From Chloroflexota bacterium (GTDB taxonomy: Bacteria > Chloroflexota > UBA11872 > VXOZ01), in contig OY760183.1 of NCBI GenBank assembly GCA_963663275.1, forward strand, positions 2,656,001 to 2,720,000: DNA of 64,000 nt. The letters are read 5' to 3'. The notes beneath the pieces are model-generated. The model saw only the letters and a program-made list of their open reading frames with translations. It searched no databases and had not been told where the DNA came from. Position numbers and translations under genes: made by a program. The first letter of the stretch is position 1; each line of letters begins with the position of its first letter. This document shows positions 1 to 10,003 of the stretch, in pieces.

Positions 1-20
1 CCTGTCGAACCATGAACGGC

Positions 21-860
21 CTACCCAGCCCCGGACCGCTCCAGCCCCGCCATCGTCTCGCGGTAGCGCCGTTCCATCTCAGGGCCTTGAAGCCCCACGT
101 ACTCCCGTTCCTGGGCGCGGGCCGCCGGGGTTGACGGCGGCGCCGGTATCTCCACGTCCGCCAGCGTGATTCTGTCGAACCCGCGTTGGTAGGCAACGGC
201 CTCGCCCTTGCTCACAATGAGGTTCTGGCCGACGTTAGCCTGCACGATCGGCACGCCGTTTTCCCGCGCCCGCGCCAACACCGCTTGGTTTTGCGCCTTG
301 CTGGTATTGCCGTAGGTGGGAATATAGAGGACTTGCGCGCCGTCCAACACAATCGCCCGCGCGATGAGGGGATTCCAGCGGTCGTTGCAGATGAGCACGC
401 CGGCGCGGCCAAACGGCGTGTCGAACGCGCGCAATTTCGTGCCGATGCGGTTGAAGTGCCACGACGGGTGCGTGCCCTCGGCAAACTGGCTCTTTTGGTA
501 CGTGCCGCAGATCTCGCCATGGTGATCGATGAAGATCACCGTGTTGTAGATCTCGTCGCCTCTTTTCTCGGCAAAGCCGAAGCAGAGACAGGTTGCCAGC
601 GACCGCGCCAGTTGGCAAAACCGCGCCACGTACGGCCCATCCAGCGGTTCGGCAATCCGCAGCATCTCAGCGGCTGGGCGCCTCCCCTCGATGACGTCGT
701 ACACGACGTAGCCTTCGAACGCGCCCTCGATGGTGACGATGACGTCAGGCCCATGCGCGGCCGCCTGGCGGATGAGACGCTCCATCTTGGCGGCGTTGTG
801 GGCCTTGTCCCACTTCTTGGGACGCAGCGAGATCGCCGCCGCCTTTACCGTCGTAAACAC
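21..860 (-). CDS. Carbon-nitrogen hydrolase (nitrilase superfamily)
   Basis: Glu-Lys-Cys triad contexts: VTIEGAFEGY, YQKSQ, GVLICNDRW; IYNTVIFID..G.I motif. Confidence 0.85.
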   Translation of the reverse strand: MFTTVKAAAISLRPKKWDKAHNAAKMERLIRQAAAHGPDVIVTIEGAFEGYVVYDVIEGRRPAAEMLRIAEPLDGPYVARFCQLARSLATCLCFGFAEKRGDEIYNTVIFIDHHGEICGTYQKSQFAEGTHPSWHFNRIGTKLRAFDTPFGRAGVLICNDRWNPLIARAIVLDGAQVLYIPTYGNTSKAQNQAVLARARENGVPIVQANVGQNLIVSKGEAVAYQRGFDRITLADVEIPAPPSTPAARAQEREYVGLQGPEMERRYRETMAGLERSGAG

Positions 861-989
861 GGCCTACCTGCTCTTCCGTTCTACAGGACACGCAAGGCGG
901 CTACGCCGCAACTGCCGGCCGGCGCGAACCGTTAGCCTTAGTTTTGGATAGGGCTTGCGGGCACGGCATTCGCGGCCACGGCGCAGAAC

Positions 990-2471
990 CTACGCCTCTT
1001 CTTCGATTGACGCCGCCAACACCCCGGCCGCCGCTTGCAGCCGTGTCAGCGTGCGTTCCCGGCCCAGCGCCGCCATCGTCTCGAACAGCGGCGGCGTGGC
1101 GGTCTTGCCGGAGATCGCCACCCGCAGCGGCATGAAGAGTTGCCCCGCCTTCCAGCCCAGTTCGGCCGCCAAACCGCGCAGGCAGGCCTCGATAGACTCA
1201 ATGTCCCAGGCCGCCAGCCCCGCCAAGCGCTCGTGCCCTTGCCGCAGCGCGCCGAGCGACTCCGCCGGCGTCCGCTTCTTGGCCACGAGGAGTTTCGGCG
1301 CGGGGGTCACCTTCACCGCAAAGAAGAAGTCGAACACGTCCGGCGCTTCGGTAAGGGTCTTCAGGCGCTCCTGCTCCAGGGCAACCGCCTCGCGCAGATA
1401 CGACCGGTCCAGTTCATCCGCATTAACCATCCCCGCATCCGCCAGGAACGGCGCAACGCGCTCCGTCAGGTCGTCAACCGTCAGGCTGCGGATGTACACG
1501 CCGTTGAGCCAGGCGAGCTTTTGCAGTTCGAAGACCGCGTTCGCCTTGTTCACGCGCTCCAGGCTGAAGGCCGTCACCAGTTCCGCCAGGCTGAACACTT
1601 CCTGGGTGTCGCCGGGGTTCCAGCCGAGCAGCGCCAGAAAGTTGACGACCGCCTCCGGCAGGTAGCCCTGGGCGGCATACTCGCCCACGAAAACCGCCCC
1701 GGAACGCTTGCCCAGTTTCGAGCGGTCGGGATTGGTCAGCAACGGCAAGTGCGCGTAGGCCGGCAGGTCGAACCCAAGCGCCCGGGCGATCGGAATCTGC
1801 CGGTGCGTATTGTAGAGATGGTCGGCGCCGCGAATGACGTGGGAAATCGCCATGTGGCTGTCGTCGATGACCGAGGCAAAGTTGTACGTGGGCATACCGT
1901 CGGCGCGCACGATCACCAGGTCGTCGAGTTCGGTCGCATCCACCCGCAAGTCGCCGCGCACCAGATCCGTGAAGTCCACGCTGCCTTCACGCGGCGAGAG
2001 GAAGCGAATCACGGAAGGGTCGCCGGCCCGGGCGCGCGCCGCCCGTTCCGCGGCCGAAAGATGCAGGCACGTCTGCGGATACCGGAACGGCCGCCGTTGC
2101 CGCTGGGACTCCTTGCGCAGCGCGTCAAGCTCGGCCGGCGTGCACCAGCACCGGTAGGCGTGACCGTTTGCCAGGAGTTCCTCCACGTGCTGCCGGTAGA
2201 GGTCAAGCCGCTCGCTCTGCCGGTACGGCCCGCGCGCGCCGCCCGCGGCATAGCCTTCGTCCCAGTCCAGCCCCAGCCACCGGAAGCTATAGAGCACACC
2301 CTCGATGTCCGCGTCGGAGGAGCGTTTGGCGTCGGTATCGTCGATGCGGAGTATAAAGACGCCGCCCGTCTGGCGGGCAAAGAGATAGTTGTACAACGCG
2401 GTGCGGGCGTTGCCGACATGGAGGCTGCCGGTCGGACTGGGCGCTATGCGCACGCGAATCGAATTGCCCAT
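990..2471 (-). CDS. gltX: Glutamate--tRNA ligase
   Basis: RIAPSPTGSLHVGNARTALYN (HIGH), LRIDDTD, SKLGKR (KMSKS), PLRVAISG..TPPLFE anticodon domain. Confidence 0.97.
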   Translation of the reverse strand: MGNSIRVRIAPSPTGSLHVGNARTALYNYLFARQTGGVFILRIDDTDAKRSSDADIEGVLYSFRWLGLDWDEGYAAGGARGPYRQSERLDLYRQHVEELLANGHAYRCWCTPAELDALRKESQRQRRPFRYPQTCLHLSAAERAARARAGDPSVIRFLSPREGSVDFTDLVRGDLRVDATELDDLVIVRADGMPTYNFASVIDDSHMAISHVIRGADHLYNTHRQIPIARALGFDLPAYAHLPLLTNPDRSKLGKRSGAVFVGEYAAQGYLPEAVVNFLALLGWNPGDTQEVFSLAELVTAFSLERVNKANAVFELQKLAWLNGVYIRSLTVDDLTERVAPFLADAGMVNADELDRSYLREAVALEQERLKTLTEAPDVFDFFFAVKVTPAPKLLVAKKRTPAESLGALRQGHERLAGLAAWDIESIEACLRGLAAELGWKAGQLFMPLRVAISGKTATPPLFETMAALGRERTLTRLQAAAGVLAASIEEEA

Positions 2472-2646
2472 GCTCTTCCTCTACTCACTCCCGCTGTTCC
2501 TTAGGCGCTCGTAAGCGCACTCTCTCACGCTGTGTCCCGTTCTCGTTCGCGCTATTGCCCTGCGAACTCTCGCACTTGCCCCGCTTGACTCTCGCTCTTC
2601 CTCTACCCATGGCCGCGTTCCCGCTCACCGCGAACCGCGCCGAAAA

Positions 2647-2899
2647 CTCCCTCTCCCTGGGGAGAGGGCCGGGGTGAGGGGGCAACGCATTCGCGCGAAC
2701 ACAAAGCCCAACAGAGCCCGCCGCACACCTCCGGTAGCGTAGGTTTGTAACCTGCGGTAGCGTAGGTTTGTAACCTGCGGTAGCGTAGGTTTGTAACCTG
2801 CGCTCCGGTGGCATATATCTGCAACCTGCGCCGCAGCAGCATCAACCCTACGAGATTCCTCGTCCCGCGCCCCGGCGGGGGACAAGCCCCCGCGCTACG
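2647..2899. repeat. Mixed REP-like cluster: CCCTCTCCC..GGAGAGGG hairpin, three tandem 23-bp GTAGCGTAGGTTTGTAACCTGCG units, one degenerate unit and one inverted GTAGCGCGGGGGCTTGTCCCCCGC
   Basis: Units start at 2734, 2757, 2780; hairpin 2647-2680; inverted family-B copy 2875-2899. Confidence 0.9.
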
Positions 2900-3006
2900 T
2901 TGATGTAACAGTCCCCACGCTACGTGAACTTGACTGCGTTCGCGCTCCGTTGACGCGGCGGCGTAATTGCCAACCGCCGCCCGGCAAGCTCTATTGGCAA
3001 ATCTCT

Positions 3007-3097
3007 TGGCGGAGAGGGTGGGATTCGAACCCACGAGGCGCTTGTGGCGCCTACTCGCTCTCCAGGCGAGCGCCTTCGACCACTTGGCTACCTCTCC
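3007..3097 (-). tRNA. tRNA-Ser(GGA)
   Basis: GGAGAGG acceptor stem, anticodon arm CTCGC-CTGGAGA-GCGAG, long variable arm, GGTTCGAATCC T-arm, G73, encoded CCA. Confidence 0.97.
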
Positions 3098-3217
3098 ATT
3101 ATGTCTACGGACAACGCGCCGCCCGCGTCTTCCACCGGCGTAGATCCGCCGGCCCGTCACCCGGAACCCTCTCCGTCGCGGCGCAAAGGGGCCGCGCGCG
3201 CTGCCCATACAGCCTTG

Positions 3218-3247
3218 AGTCTAGCAGTGCGGCGGCGGCAGCGTCAA
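3218..3247 (-). promoter_or_regulatory. Putative sigma70 promoter for tRNA-Ser
   Basis: TTGACG-18bp-TAGACT with extended -10 TG. Confidence 0.6.
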
Positions 3248-3318
3248 AGTCCGCCGGCAGCACAGCCCGCGCCGGCGCGTCATCCCACCGCCGCGCCAGC
3301 GAGGAAGTCTCCAATCGG

Positions 3319-3348
3319 TTGACAGGATGCTCCGCGCGAAACTACCAT
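3319..3348 (+). promoter_or_regulatory. Putative sigma70 promoter for the GlmL-like gene pair
   Basis: TTGACA-18bp-TACCAT. Confidence 0.6.
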
Positions 3349-3417
3349 GACCGGTAGCAATGACGACTAGCAGCCGCCCACACGCGCCGCCACCTTTTCA
3401 CCCACACAACCGGTCAC

Positions 3418-5226
3418 ATGCCAGAGACCACCGCTCCCGAGACTCCCTCCGGTACGCCGGACCAGACCGGTTCGCCGGACCAATCCGACTCGTCGAACCA
3501 TACCGGTTCGCACCCTACCCTCGTGGCGGATGTCGGCGCATTCAACACCCGCGTCTCGCTCCTGGAGCGCGTGGAAGGCGCGTACCGGCTGGCCGGCGTG
3601 GCGCGGGTGCCCAGCACCGTCGAACCGCCCATCTCCGACGCCATGCTCGGCATGTCGCGCGCCCTGGCGCAACTGGAGCGCGCCACGGGCTGGACCCCGG
3701 GCCTGGGAGAAGTCAGCAAACTGGCGGTAACCAGCGTCAGCCTGACGGTGGTCACGAGCGTGCTCAGCCTGGGCGACAACCGCGCCCTGAATCGGATGCT
3801 GGAGACGCTGCAATCGTTTCCCATCACGCCTGTAGACATCTTCGATCTCAATAACCGGCCGCCCGACGCCTATCAATTCGTCTACCAGCGGCTCATAGAT
3901 TCCCCGCTGGACGCGCTCATCATCCTGGGCAATGAAGCGGACAAGGACTGGGAGATCGAAGTCGCGCGGCTGGGCGAAATCGTGCTGCGCGTCGTGGCCG
4001 CGCACCGCAGCGCCTGGCAGCTTACGCTCGTCTTCGTCGGCTCCGGAACCCACGCGCAGTACCTGCGGACGTTTCTCGGCGAGCGCGTCGCTCTGCATCA
4101 CATGGAGCTGCCGCCGGACCAGTCCGCCAAGCTCGACCTGCCGGCGCTGGAGGCGCTCGTGCAATCGCTGGCGCGGGAAAAGCGCCGCCTCCGGCTGCCC
4201 AACTACACCGGCCTCAGCGAGTGGGCGGGCGCCGACCCCGTCGATTACCAGGAGGCCCTGGCCAGAGTGACGCGGCAACTGGCCCAGCGGTACAGCATCC
4301 ACGTCCTCTCCCTGGACCTCGGCGCCAGCCACGTGGCGGCGCTTTCGTGCCTGCCGAACGGCGACGTGCGCCAGGCCTCGCTGGACGGCTTCGGCACGAT
4401 GCGCAGCCCGCAGAACGTCCTGCTGGAAGCCGGGCGCGAAGCGATCGAACGCTGGCTGCCGTACGACCTGGACGAGAGCCGGCTGGACGCCTTTCTCCTG
4501 CACCGCCTGGCCCATCCCGCCGCGCTGCCCACCACGATCGAGAGCCTGGTCCTGGAACACGCCTTTGCCCGCGAAGCCCTGCGCAACGTGGTGGAACTGA
4601 TCGACGACTACACCCTGGACGGCAAGCGCCTGGCGCCCTGCGCGTCGGCGGACGTCATCATCGGCTGCGGCGCGACGCTGGGCAGCGCGCCCCGCTTGAT
4701 TCAAGCCGTGTTGATGATGCTGGACGCGGTCCAGCCGGTGGGCTTCACGCAATTCGCCCTGGACCGCGCCGGCGCGCTGCCGGTGCTCCTGCTGGATAGA
4801 GCGATCGAGGAAGGCGACCCCTTGCTGGAGCAGGACATCCTGCTGAGCTTGGGCGTCGGCATCTCGCCTACCGGCTCGATGGAGGAGAACCGCCCCGCCC
4901 TGCGCGTGCGCGCGGGCATGCCGTCGCGTTCGCCTGAAGAAATCCAGGTCAACTACGGCGCCATGGAAGTGCTGCCGTGGGAAGGCGGCAGCGGCTCCAC
5001 GCTGGAGGCGTGGCCCGCCACCCGGCTCGATCTCGGCGTGGGCCGCGGCCGGGGCGCTGAGCCCCGCGCCAATCTCTACGGCGGCGCTCTGGGGCTTATT
5101 GTCGACGGCCGCGGCCGCCCCTTGGACCTGGCCGCGAACAAGGACAAGCGCCAGGCCAAGGTGTTGGAGTGGATGCAGTCCACGGGCGCGTACCCCACCA
5201 TTTCCTTCTCCGGGAGAACGACCTAG
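3418..5226 (+). CDS. Glutamate mutase L (GlmL/MutL)-like ASKHA-fold protein
   Basis: VADVGAFNTR..YRLAG..PSTVEPP.SD N-terminus, second DLGAS motif, MLDAVQPVG, C-terminal GGALGLIVDGRGRPL. Confidence 0.7.
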   Translation: MPETTAPETPSGTPDQTGSPDQSDSSNHTGSHPTLVADVGAFNTRVSLLERVEGAYRLAGVARVPSTVEPPISDAMLGMSRALAQLERATGWTPGLGEVSKLAVTSVSLTVVTSVLSLGDNRALNRMLETLQSFPITPVDIFDLNNRPPDAYQFVYQRLIDSPLDALIILGNEADKDWEIEVARLGEIVLRVVAAHRSAWQLTLVFVGSGTHAQYLRTFLGERVALHHMELPPDQSAKLDLPALEALVQSLAREKRRLRLPNYTGLSEWAGADPVDYQEALARVTRQLAQRYSIHVLSLDLGASHVAALSCLPNGDVRQASLDGFGTMRSPQNVLLEAGREAIERWLPYDLDESRLDAFLLHRLAHPAALPTTIESLVLEHAFAREALRNVVELIDDYTLDGKRLAPCASADVIIGCGATLGSAPRLIQAVLMMLDAVQPVGFTQFALDRAGALPVLLLDRAIEEGDPLLEQDILLSLGVGISPTGSMEENRPALRVRAGMPSRSPEEIQVNYGAMEVLPWEGGSGSTLEAWPATRLDLGVGRGRGAEPRANLYGGALGLIVDGRGRPLDLAANKDKRQAKVLEWMQSTGAYPTISFSGRTT

Positions 5227-5228
5227 CC

Positions 5229-6323
5229 ATGGCCACCATGCTCGCGCTGCGGGGCACCGCCAACCCGCCGACCCCCACGCCGCAGGTGGGCCGCTATCTG
5301 CTGCGGCTGCGCCGCGTGTTGCCCGCGGACGGCGAAATCCTGGTGGGACCGGGCGATAAGGTGGAACCGCACACGCTGGTGGGCACGTGCTCCCTCACGC
5401 CGCAGCGGGTGGTGCTGGACCTGGCGAGCCTGCTGGGCGTGCGGCCCGAACGCATCGAAGAGACCCTCGCGGTCGCCGCCGGCGAGCGCTGCGCCGAGGG
5501 CGGCCTGCTGGCGGTCCATCGCCGCTTCTTCGGCCTGCGCACGCGCACGGTAACGGCGCCGCACGATGGGCGCATTGCCGCATTGTCCTCGCGCAGCGGC
5601 CTGGCGTGGTTCGAGGGCGCGAGCCACACGGTCTCGCTGCCGGCCGGGCTCTATGGCAGCGTGATCGACGTTACGCCGGGTAGGGAAGTGGTGATCGAAG
5701 CCGAGGCCGTGGTGGTGCGCGGCGTGTACGCCGTTGGCGGCGAGGCGTCCGGCAACCTGACCACCGCGCTCTCCCAAGCCGAAACCGGCGCGGCCGCTGA
5801 GCGCCAGATCCTCGTCTCCCGCGAAACGGCAACCACCGAAACGCTGCGCCGCGCCCACCAGTTGGAAGCCGCCGCCGTGGTCGCCCCCTCCGCCGCGCGC
5901 CCGGACCTGGCGGCCCTGGGCATGGACCCGCTGGCGCGCCCCAGTTCGCACACCTGGGAAGGCCCGCCGCTGCTGCTCACCGAAGGCTTTCGCGGCCAGG
6001 CGATGACGGAGACGCTCTGGGAACTCCTCACCGCGCAACCAATCTCCTGGGCCACCGTGGTCGCGCGGCCCGACCAGCACCTCTTCCTGCTGATTCTGCC
6101 CATTCGCTCGCTGGCGCCCAAGGACGCCTGGACGCGCTTCGGCCCCGGGTCGTTGCTCAAGCAAGCGGGCGCTTCCGCGGCCGCGGGCGAGGGGCGTCTG
6201 GAAGCCTTCCTGCCCTTCCCCCTTGCCGTGCCCTCCGGCCTGCGCCTCTCCGCCGCCGTGGTGGTGGACGAGCAAGACCGCAGCAGCCGCGCGCCGATCA
6301 CCGAGCTTGAGTGGCTGATGTAG
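5229..6323 (+). CDS. Conserved hypothetical partner of GlmL-like proteins (barrel-sandwich-hybrid-like motifs, LTEGF motif)
   Basis: ATG 2 nt after the upstream stop; RRVLP..GEILV..GDKV, AP.DG.I, GVYAVGGEASG, LLLTEGF. Confidence 0.7.
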   Translation: MATMLALRGTANPPTPTPQVGRYLLRLRRVLPADGEILVGPGDKVEPHTLVGTCSLTPQRVVLDLASLLGVRPERIEETLAVAAGERCAEGGLLAVHRRFFGLRTRTVTAPHDGRIAALSSRSGLAWFEGASHTVSLPAGLYGSVIDVTPGREVVIEAEAVVVRGVYAVGGEASGNLTTALSQAETGAAAERQILVSRETATTETLRRAHQLEAAAVVAPSAARPDLAALGMDPLARPSSHTWEGPPLLLTEGFRGQAMTETLWELLTAQPISWATVVARPDQHLFLLILPIRSLAPKDAWTRFGPGSLLKQAGASAAAGEGRLEAFLPFPLAVPSGLRLSAAVVVDEQDRSSRAPITELEWLM

Positions 6324-6596
6324 CCGGCCCGGCTCCCGTTGACCGCTCCTCCCATGTTTCCAACCCGCTGCCAGGCCTCGAGAAGTCGCCGGCATCCCCC
6401 AGCTTGAGCCGCTTGCATGCTGCCGACGCGGCCTGCGCTTGCCCGCTGCACTGGGATTCCCGCCTTAATCGGCGCTCCTGGCGTGCCGTCTCGCGGCAGA
6501 GTCTGTCATCTCAATGTGTGACATTTTCAATTGTGTTATGTTAAGCGGGGCGCTAACAGGAGAGTCGAGCGATGTTAGCAAGGAAACGAGTCCGCA

Positions 6597-9500
6597 GTGG
6601 CGTGGCCAGGCAGGCTGTTTCTTTGCGTCCACTTGGCACTTGCGCTGCTGCTTGCGCCTTTCCTGTCTCCCCAGGCCGCCCGGTCCGACGGAAGTGTTGT
6701 TATCAACGAGATCTTCCCGGACGCCGGCGGCAACACTGGCTGGATTGAAATCTACAACAAGAGCGACGATCCCGTTGACATATTCTTCTGGAAATTAGCC
6801 ACCGACAACGCTTCACTTGAATACATAATCTATGATTCCACCATAGCCGCGGGCGCATTTCTGGCATTCGACACCTCAGATCAAGGTCTCTTGATCCCAC
6901 TGAGCGGAACTGTCCGCCTATTTGATCTTGGCGCGGAAGTTGATTGGGCAGATTACAACATCGAAGAACCCGGCGTGGCGATGGCGCTAATGCCTGACGG
7001 CTCCGATAACTGGGTAGTTGTGACCACGACCACGAAAGACGCGGCAAATCCGACTCCAACGCCTACCCCGGCGCCGACGCCAGTTCCTCCCTCGCCGACT
7101 CCATCACCCATTTCCCCCTCACCGACACCCACGCCGGAACCGTTGCAGTGCTCCACCGACTCCGGCGCCTCCATCTTCATCAACGAGATCTTTCGCGACC
7201 CCGCCGCCGGATGGATAGAGCTATACAACTCAAACCCTAATACCGCTATCGATTTGACCTGCTGGACGCTCGACAACGGCAGCGGATCGGGCAGCAGGTA
7301 CTATCGCTTGCCGTCCGGTACACGTATCGACCCCGGCGGATTCCTCGTCTTCGACCAGAGCGTGACACTTATCCCCATTCAATCCGCCGGCACGCTCCGT
7401 CTCGTCGACGATGGAGGGACACCTGTAGCGCAGGCCACTTATACGCTTCCTGAAAACGGCACGGCCTATGCCCGGGTCCCTGATGGAGCGTCAGTATGGG
7501 CAGTCCTGTCAACACCGACCAAGCGAGCGGCAAATCCAACCCCAACACCCACGCCATCCCCCACACCCCCGCCTACTCCTTCACCAATACCATCACCCAT
7601 ACCGTCGCCTACACCATCTCCCTCTCCTTCTCCCACGCTATCTCCTACACCCTCGCCCTCGCAATCTCCGACACCGTCTCTTGCGCCTTCACCTACACCC
7701 ACGCCTCTGCCGCCCGAATGCTCTCGCGATTTGGGAGACTCAATTGCAATCAACGAGGTTTTTCCCCGGATTTCGAGAGGTGAATCCCAAGAAGATCCCG
7801 GATATGTAGAACTGCACAATTCTGCCGCAAATTCCGTGGATTTGACCTGCTGGACTCTCGACAATGGAGACATTACGGGAACGATCTTGTATCGCTTTCC
7901 GGTCGGAACGTCCATCGCTTCCGGTGGATTCGCGGTTTTCGATAGAAGCGCTACCCTCATCCAGATTCAGACCAGCGGGACGATTCGTCTCCTCGATCCT
8001 CACCTCGCGCCAAAGGGAGTTGTCGAATACGAGACTGACGCCGGCGTGGGATATGGCCGCATACCGGACGGCACCGGCGCATGGAGGTCCGTAACCACTC
8101 CGACAAAGGGATTGTCGAACGAGACTCCAACTCCCACGCCGAGATCGCAGGCGGCCCAGAGTGCCGCGCAGAGACCGCCTGGACCCGCGTCCACACCCAC
8201 GCCGAAACCGCCGTTGCCGCGGTCGCTGCGCATCACGGAAATCTACTACGACGGCCAAGCGCCGCGCACCGAGGGGGACGAATTCATCGAGATTCAGAAC
8301 TACGGCGCGGAGGCGGCGCGGCTCGGCCGGGTGCGCATCGTGATCCAGAGCGCAACCGCCCGCGGCCCGGTGGCGTACGGCTTTCCCGCCAAAACCACGC
8401 TCTTGCCTGACGAGGTTCTCGTCGTTGCCAAGAACGCCGGCCAGTTCTCCGACCGTTTTGACTCAGAGCCGGATTTCGAGGCCCGCTCGTCCGGGTCCGG
8501 CTACGCCAATACGGCGGCGGTGAAGGACCTCACCCACGTCCGCGCCGTTTCGCGCCGCTCCTGGGCGCTTGCCAACACGGGCGCGACCGTGGCCCTGATC
8601 GGCGACGACGGCACGGTGCTGGACGCCGTGGCCTACAACCACGATCCGGAAGGCCGCCTGGGCTTGCGCGGAGAGTTTCCGTCGGCGGCGGACGGCCAGT
8701 CGCTGCGGCGCGCCTTAGGCCGGACGGCCGGCCAACTCACGCCCTCCGCCCTGCAAGCGGACACGCCGTCGCCTGGGGAAATTCCGCCGCCGCCCACGCC
8801 CACGCCGCGGCCAACTCCCGCGCCCACACCGTCGCCAGCGCCTTCGCCTTCGCCCACGCCAATTCCGTCACCGACGGCAGCACCGTCACCCGTACCTTCG
8901 CCTTCACCTTCTCCAGCGCCAACACCCACCGCAATCCCGCCGACCGCGACACCGCGCCCCACACCAACGCCCTTGCCCTCGCCCACGCCGCTTCCCACCG
9001 CCGTCATTCCCACACCGCCGCCGCCTACCCCGACGGTTACGGCACTGCAATGCGTTACCGGCATTCTCCCGCAAGAGCCGCCCCGGCGCGTGCGCGTGAC
9101 CGGCAGCGTGACGGAAGTGCGCCGCCTTGCGGATGAGACCCTGGTCTTCATTGCCGACGCCTGCGGCGGGGCGATTCTCCACTTGGACGCCAACGCCAAG
9201 CCCCCGCCGGTCCACAGCCGCCTGCGCTTCACCGCGCTCGGCGCCCGCAACGGCACGCAAATAGACCTCTACCTGGACTCCGGCGCAATGCTCGAACGCC
9301 TGCCCGCGTCCCCGCTGCCGCCGGCAATGCCGTTGGCGGCGGCTATTTCCCAACGCGCCCCCACCGGCACGCGGGTATACACACAGGGCGTCATCGCGCA
9401 GGAGCGCGACGGGGCGGGAAACACGCGCTTGCGGGCAGCGCCGGGCAACGTGCTGCTGGACCCCCGCGCGCCGGCCGCGGTGACCGGAGACGTGGTCTTC

Positions 9501-9722
9501 TACGGCATCATCGAGTGGCGCGCGGCGGGGCCGATCCTGCGCGCGCACTACGTCGCCCCGGCCAAGCCGCAGGGCGCCGCATCCACGCCATCCCTGATGG
9601 ATGGCAGGCTGGTTGGCGCGGTCGTCCGGCACGCGCGCGACGCGGTGCGCTACCTGCTCATGCGCGCGGCAACACGCGGCCGGGCAAACTATCTCACGCT
9701 AGAGATAGAAGAAGCCCACTGA
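6597..9722 (+). CDS. Secreted lamin-tail-domain (LTD) repeat protein with Pro/Thr/Ser linkers and possible C-terminal OB folds
   Basis: Signal peptide; four INEI/ITEI...W/FIE(L/I)xN domains separated by PTPTPSP tracts. Confidence 0.8.
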   Translation: MAWPGRLFLCVHLALALLLAPFLSPQAARSDGSVVINEIFPDAGGNTGWIEIYNKSDDPVDIFFWKLATDNASLEYIIYDSTIAAGAFLAFDTSDQGLLIPLSGTVRLFDLGAEVDWADYNIEEPGVAMALMPDGSDNWVVVTTTTKDAANPTPTPTPAPTPVPPSPTPSPISPSPTPTPEPLQCSTDSGASIFINEIFRDPAAGWIELYNSNPNTAIDLTCWTLDNGSGSGSRYYRLPSGTRIDPGGFLVFDQSVTLIPIQSAGTLRLVDDGGTPVAQATYTLPENGTAYARVPDGASVWAVLSTPTKRAANPTPTPTPSPTPPPTPSPIPSPIPSPTPSPSPSPTLSPTPSPSQSPTPSLAPSPTPTPLPPECSRDLGDSIAINEVFPRISRGESQEDPGYVELHNSAANSVDLTCWTLDNGDITGTILYRFPVGTSIASGGFAVFDRSATLIQIQTSGTIRLLDPHLAPKGVVEYETDAGVGYGRIPDGTGAWRSVTTPTKGLSNETPTPTPRSQAAQSAAQRPPGPASTPTPKPPLPRSLRITEIYYDGQAPRTEGDEFIEIQNYGAEAARLGRVRIVIQSATARGPVAYGFPAKTTLLPDEVLVVAKNAGQFSDRFDSEPDFEARSSGSGYANTAAVKDLTHVRAVSRRSWALANTGATVALIGDDGTVLDAVAYNHDPEGRLGLRGEFPSAADGQSLRRALGRTAGQLTPSALQADTPSPGEIPPPPTPTPRPTPAPTPSPAPSPSPTPIPSPTAAPSPVPSPSPSPAPTPTAIPPTATPRPTPTPLPSPTPLPTAVIPTPPPPTPTVTALQCVTGILPQEPPRRVRVTGSVTEVRRLADETLVFIADACGGAILHLDANAKPPPVHSRLRFTALGARNGTQIDLYLDSGAMLERLPASPLPPAMPLAAAISQRAPTGTRVYTQGVIAQERDGAGNTRLRAAPGNVLLDPRAPAAVTGDVVFYGIIEWRAAGPILRAHYVAPAKPQGAASTPSLMDGRLVGAVVRHARDAVRYLLMRAATRGRANYLTLEIEEAH

Positions 9723-9742
9723 GGAAACCCTTGCATAGTTCC

Positions 9743-9832
9743 GTCATTCCGGCGAAAGCCGGAATCCAGGGTGATTTTCACGTAATATTAGCATGAAGTC
9801 AATTCATCTCATCCCCATCCCAACCTTCCGCC
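9743..9832 (+). repeat. GTCATTCCGGCGAAAGCCGGAATCCAG palindrome linked to a CCCATCCCAACCTTCC half-hairpin (MITE host element)
   Basis: Homologous in inverted orientation to 55114-55205. Confidence 0.8.
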
Positions 9833-9837
9833 TCAAT

Positions 9838-10003
9838 GGGCTGGTAGGGGTAAATGAATGTCATTCCGAGCGGAGCGTCGAACAGGGTTCGCGGAATCTA
9901 GAATCGACACTCTTGCAGTGAAAACCTTAGATTCCTCTCTCCGCTGCGCTCCGTTCGGAATGACATGTGAAGTCGCTTAGAGAGTACATCCCCCTGTCAG
10001 CCC
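9838..10003. mobile_element. MITE, 166 bp, GGGCTG..CAGCCC termini, carrying an internal GTCATTCCGAGCG/CGTTCGGAATGAC doublet
   Basis: Imperfect ~19-bp terminal inverted repeats; degenerate 5-bp flanks TCAAT/TCGAC; collinear second copy at 54942-55108. Confidence 0.75.

Noticed and set aside
3150-3185. ykkC-type riboswitch or SRP RNA in the tRNA leader (AGGGTTCCG seen)
   Set aside because: Downstream CCGAG and ACACC elements and the SRP CAGG/GGAA/AGCAG loop are absent
3007-9722. Genomic island integrated at tRNA-Ser
   Set aside because: No integrase, no duplicated tRNA 3' end seen, and the tRNA 3' side leads to gltX
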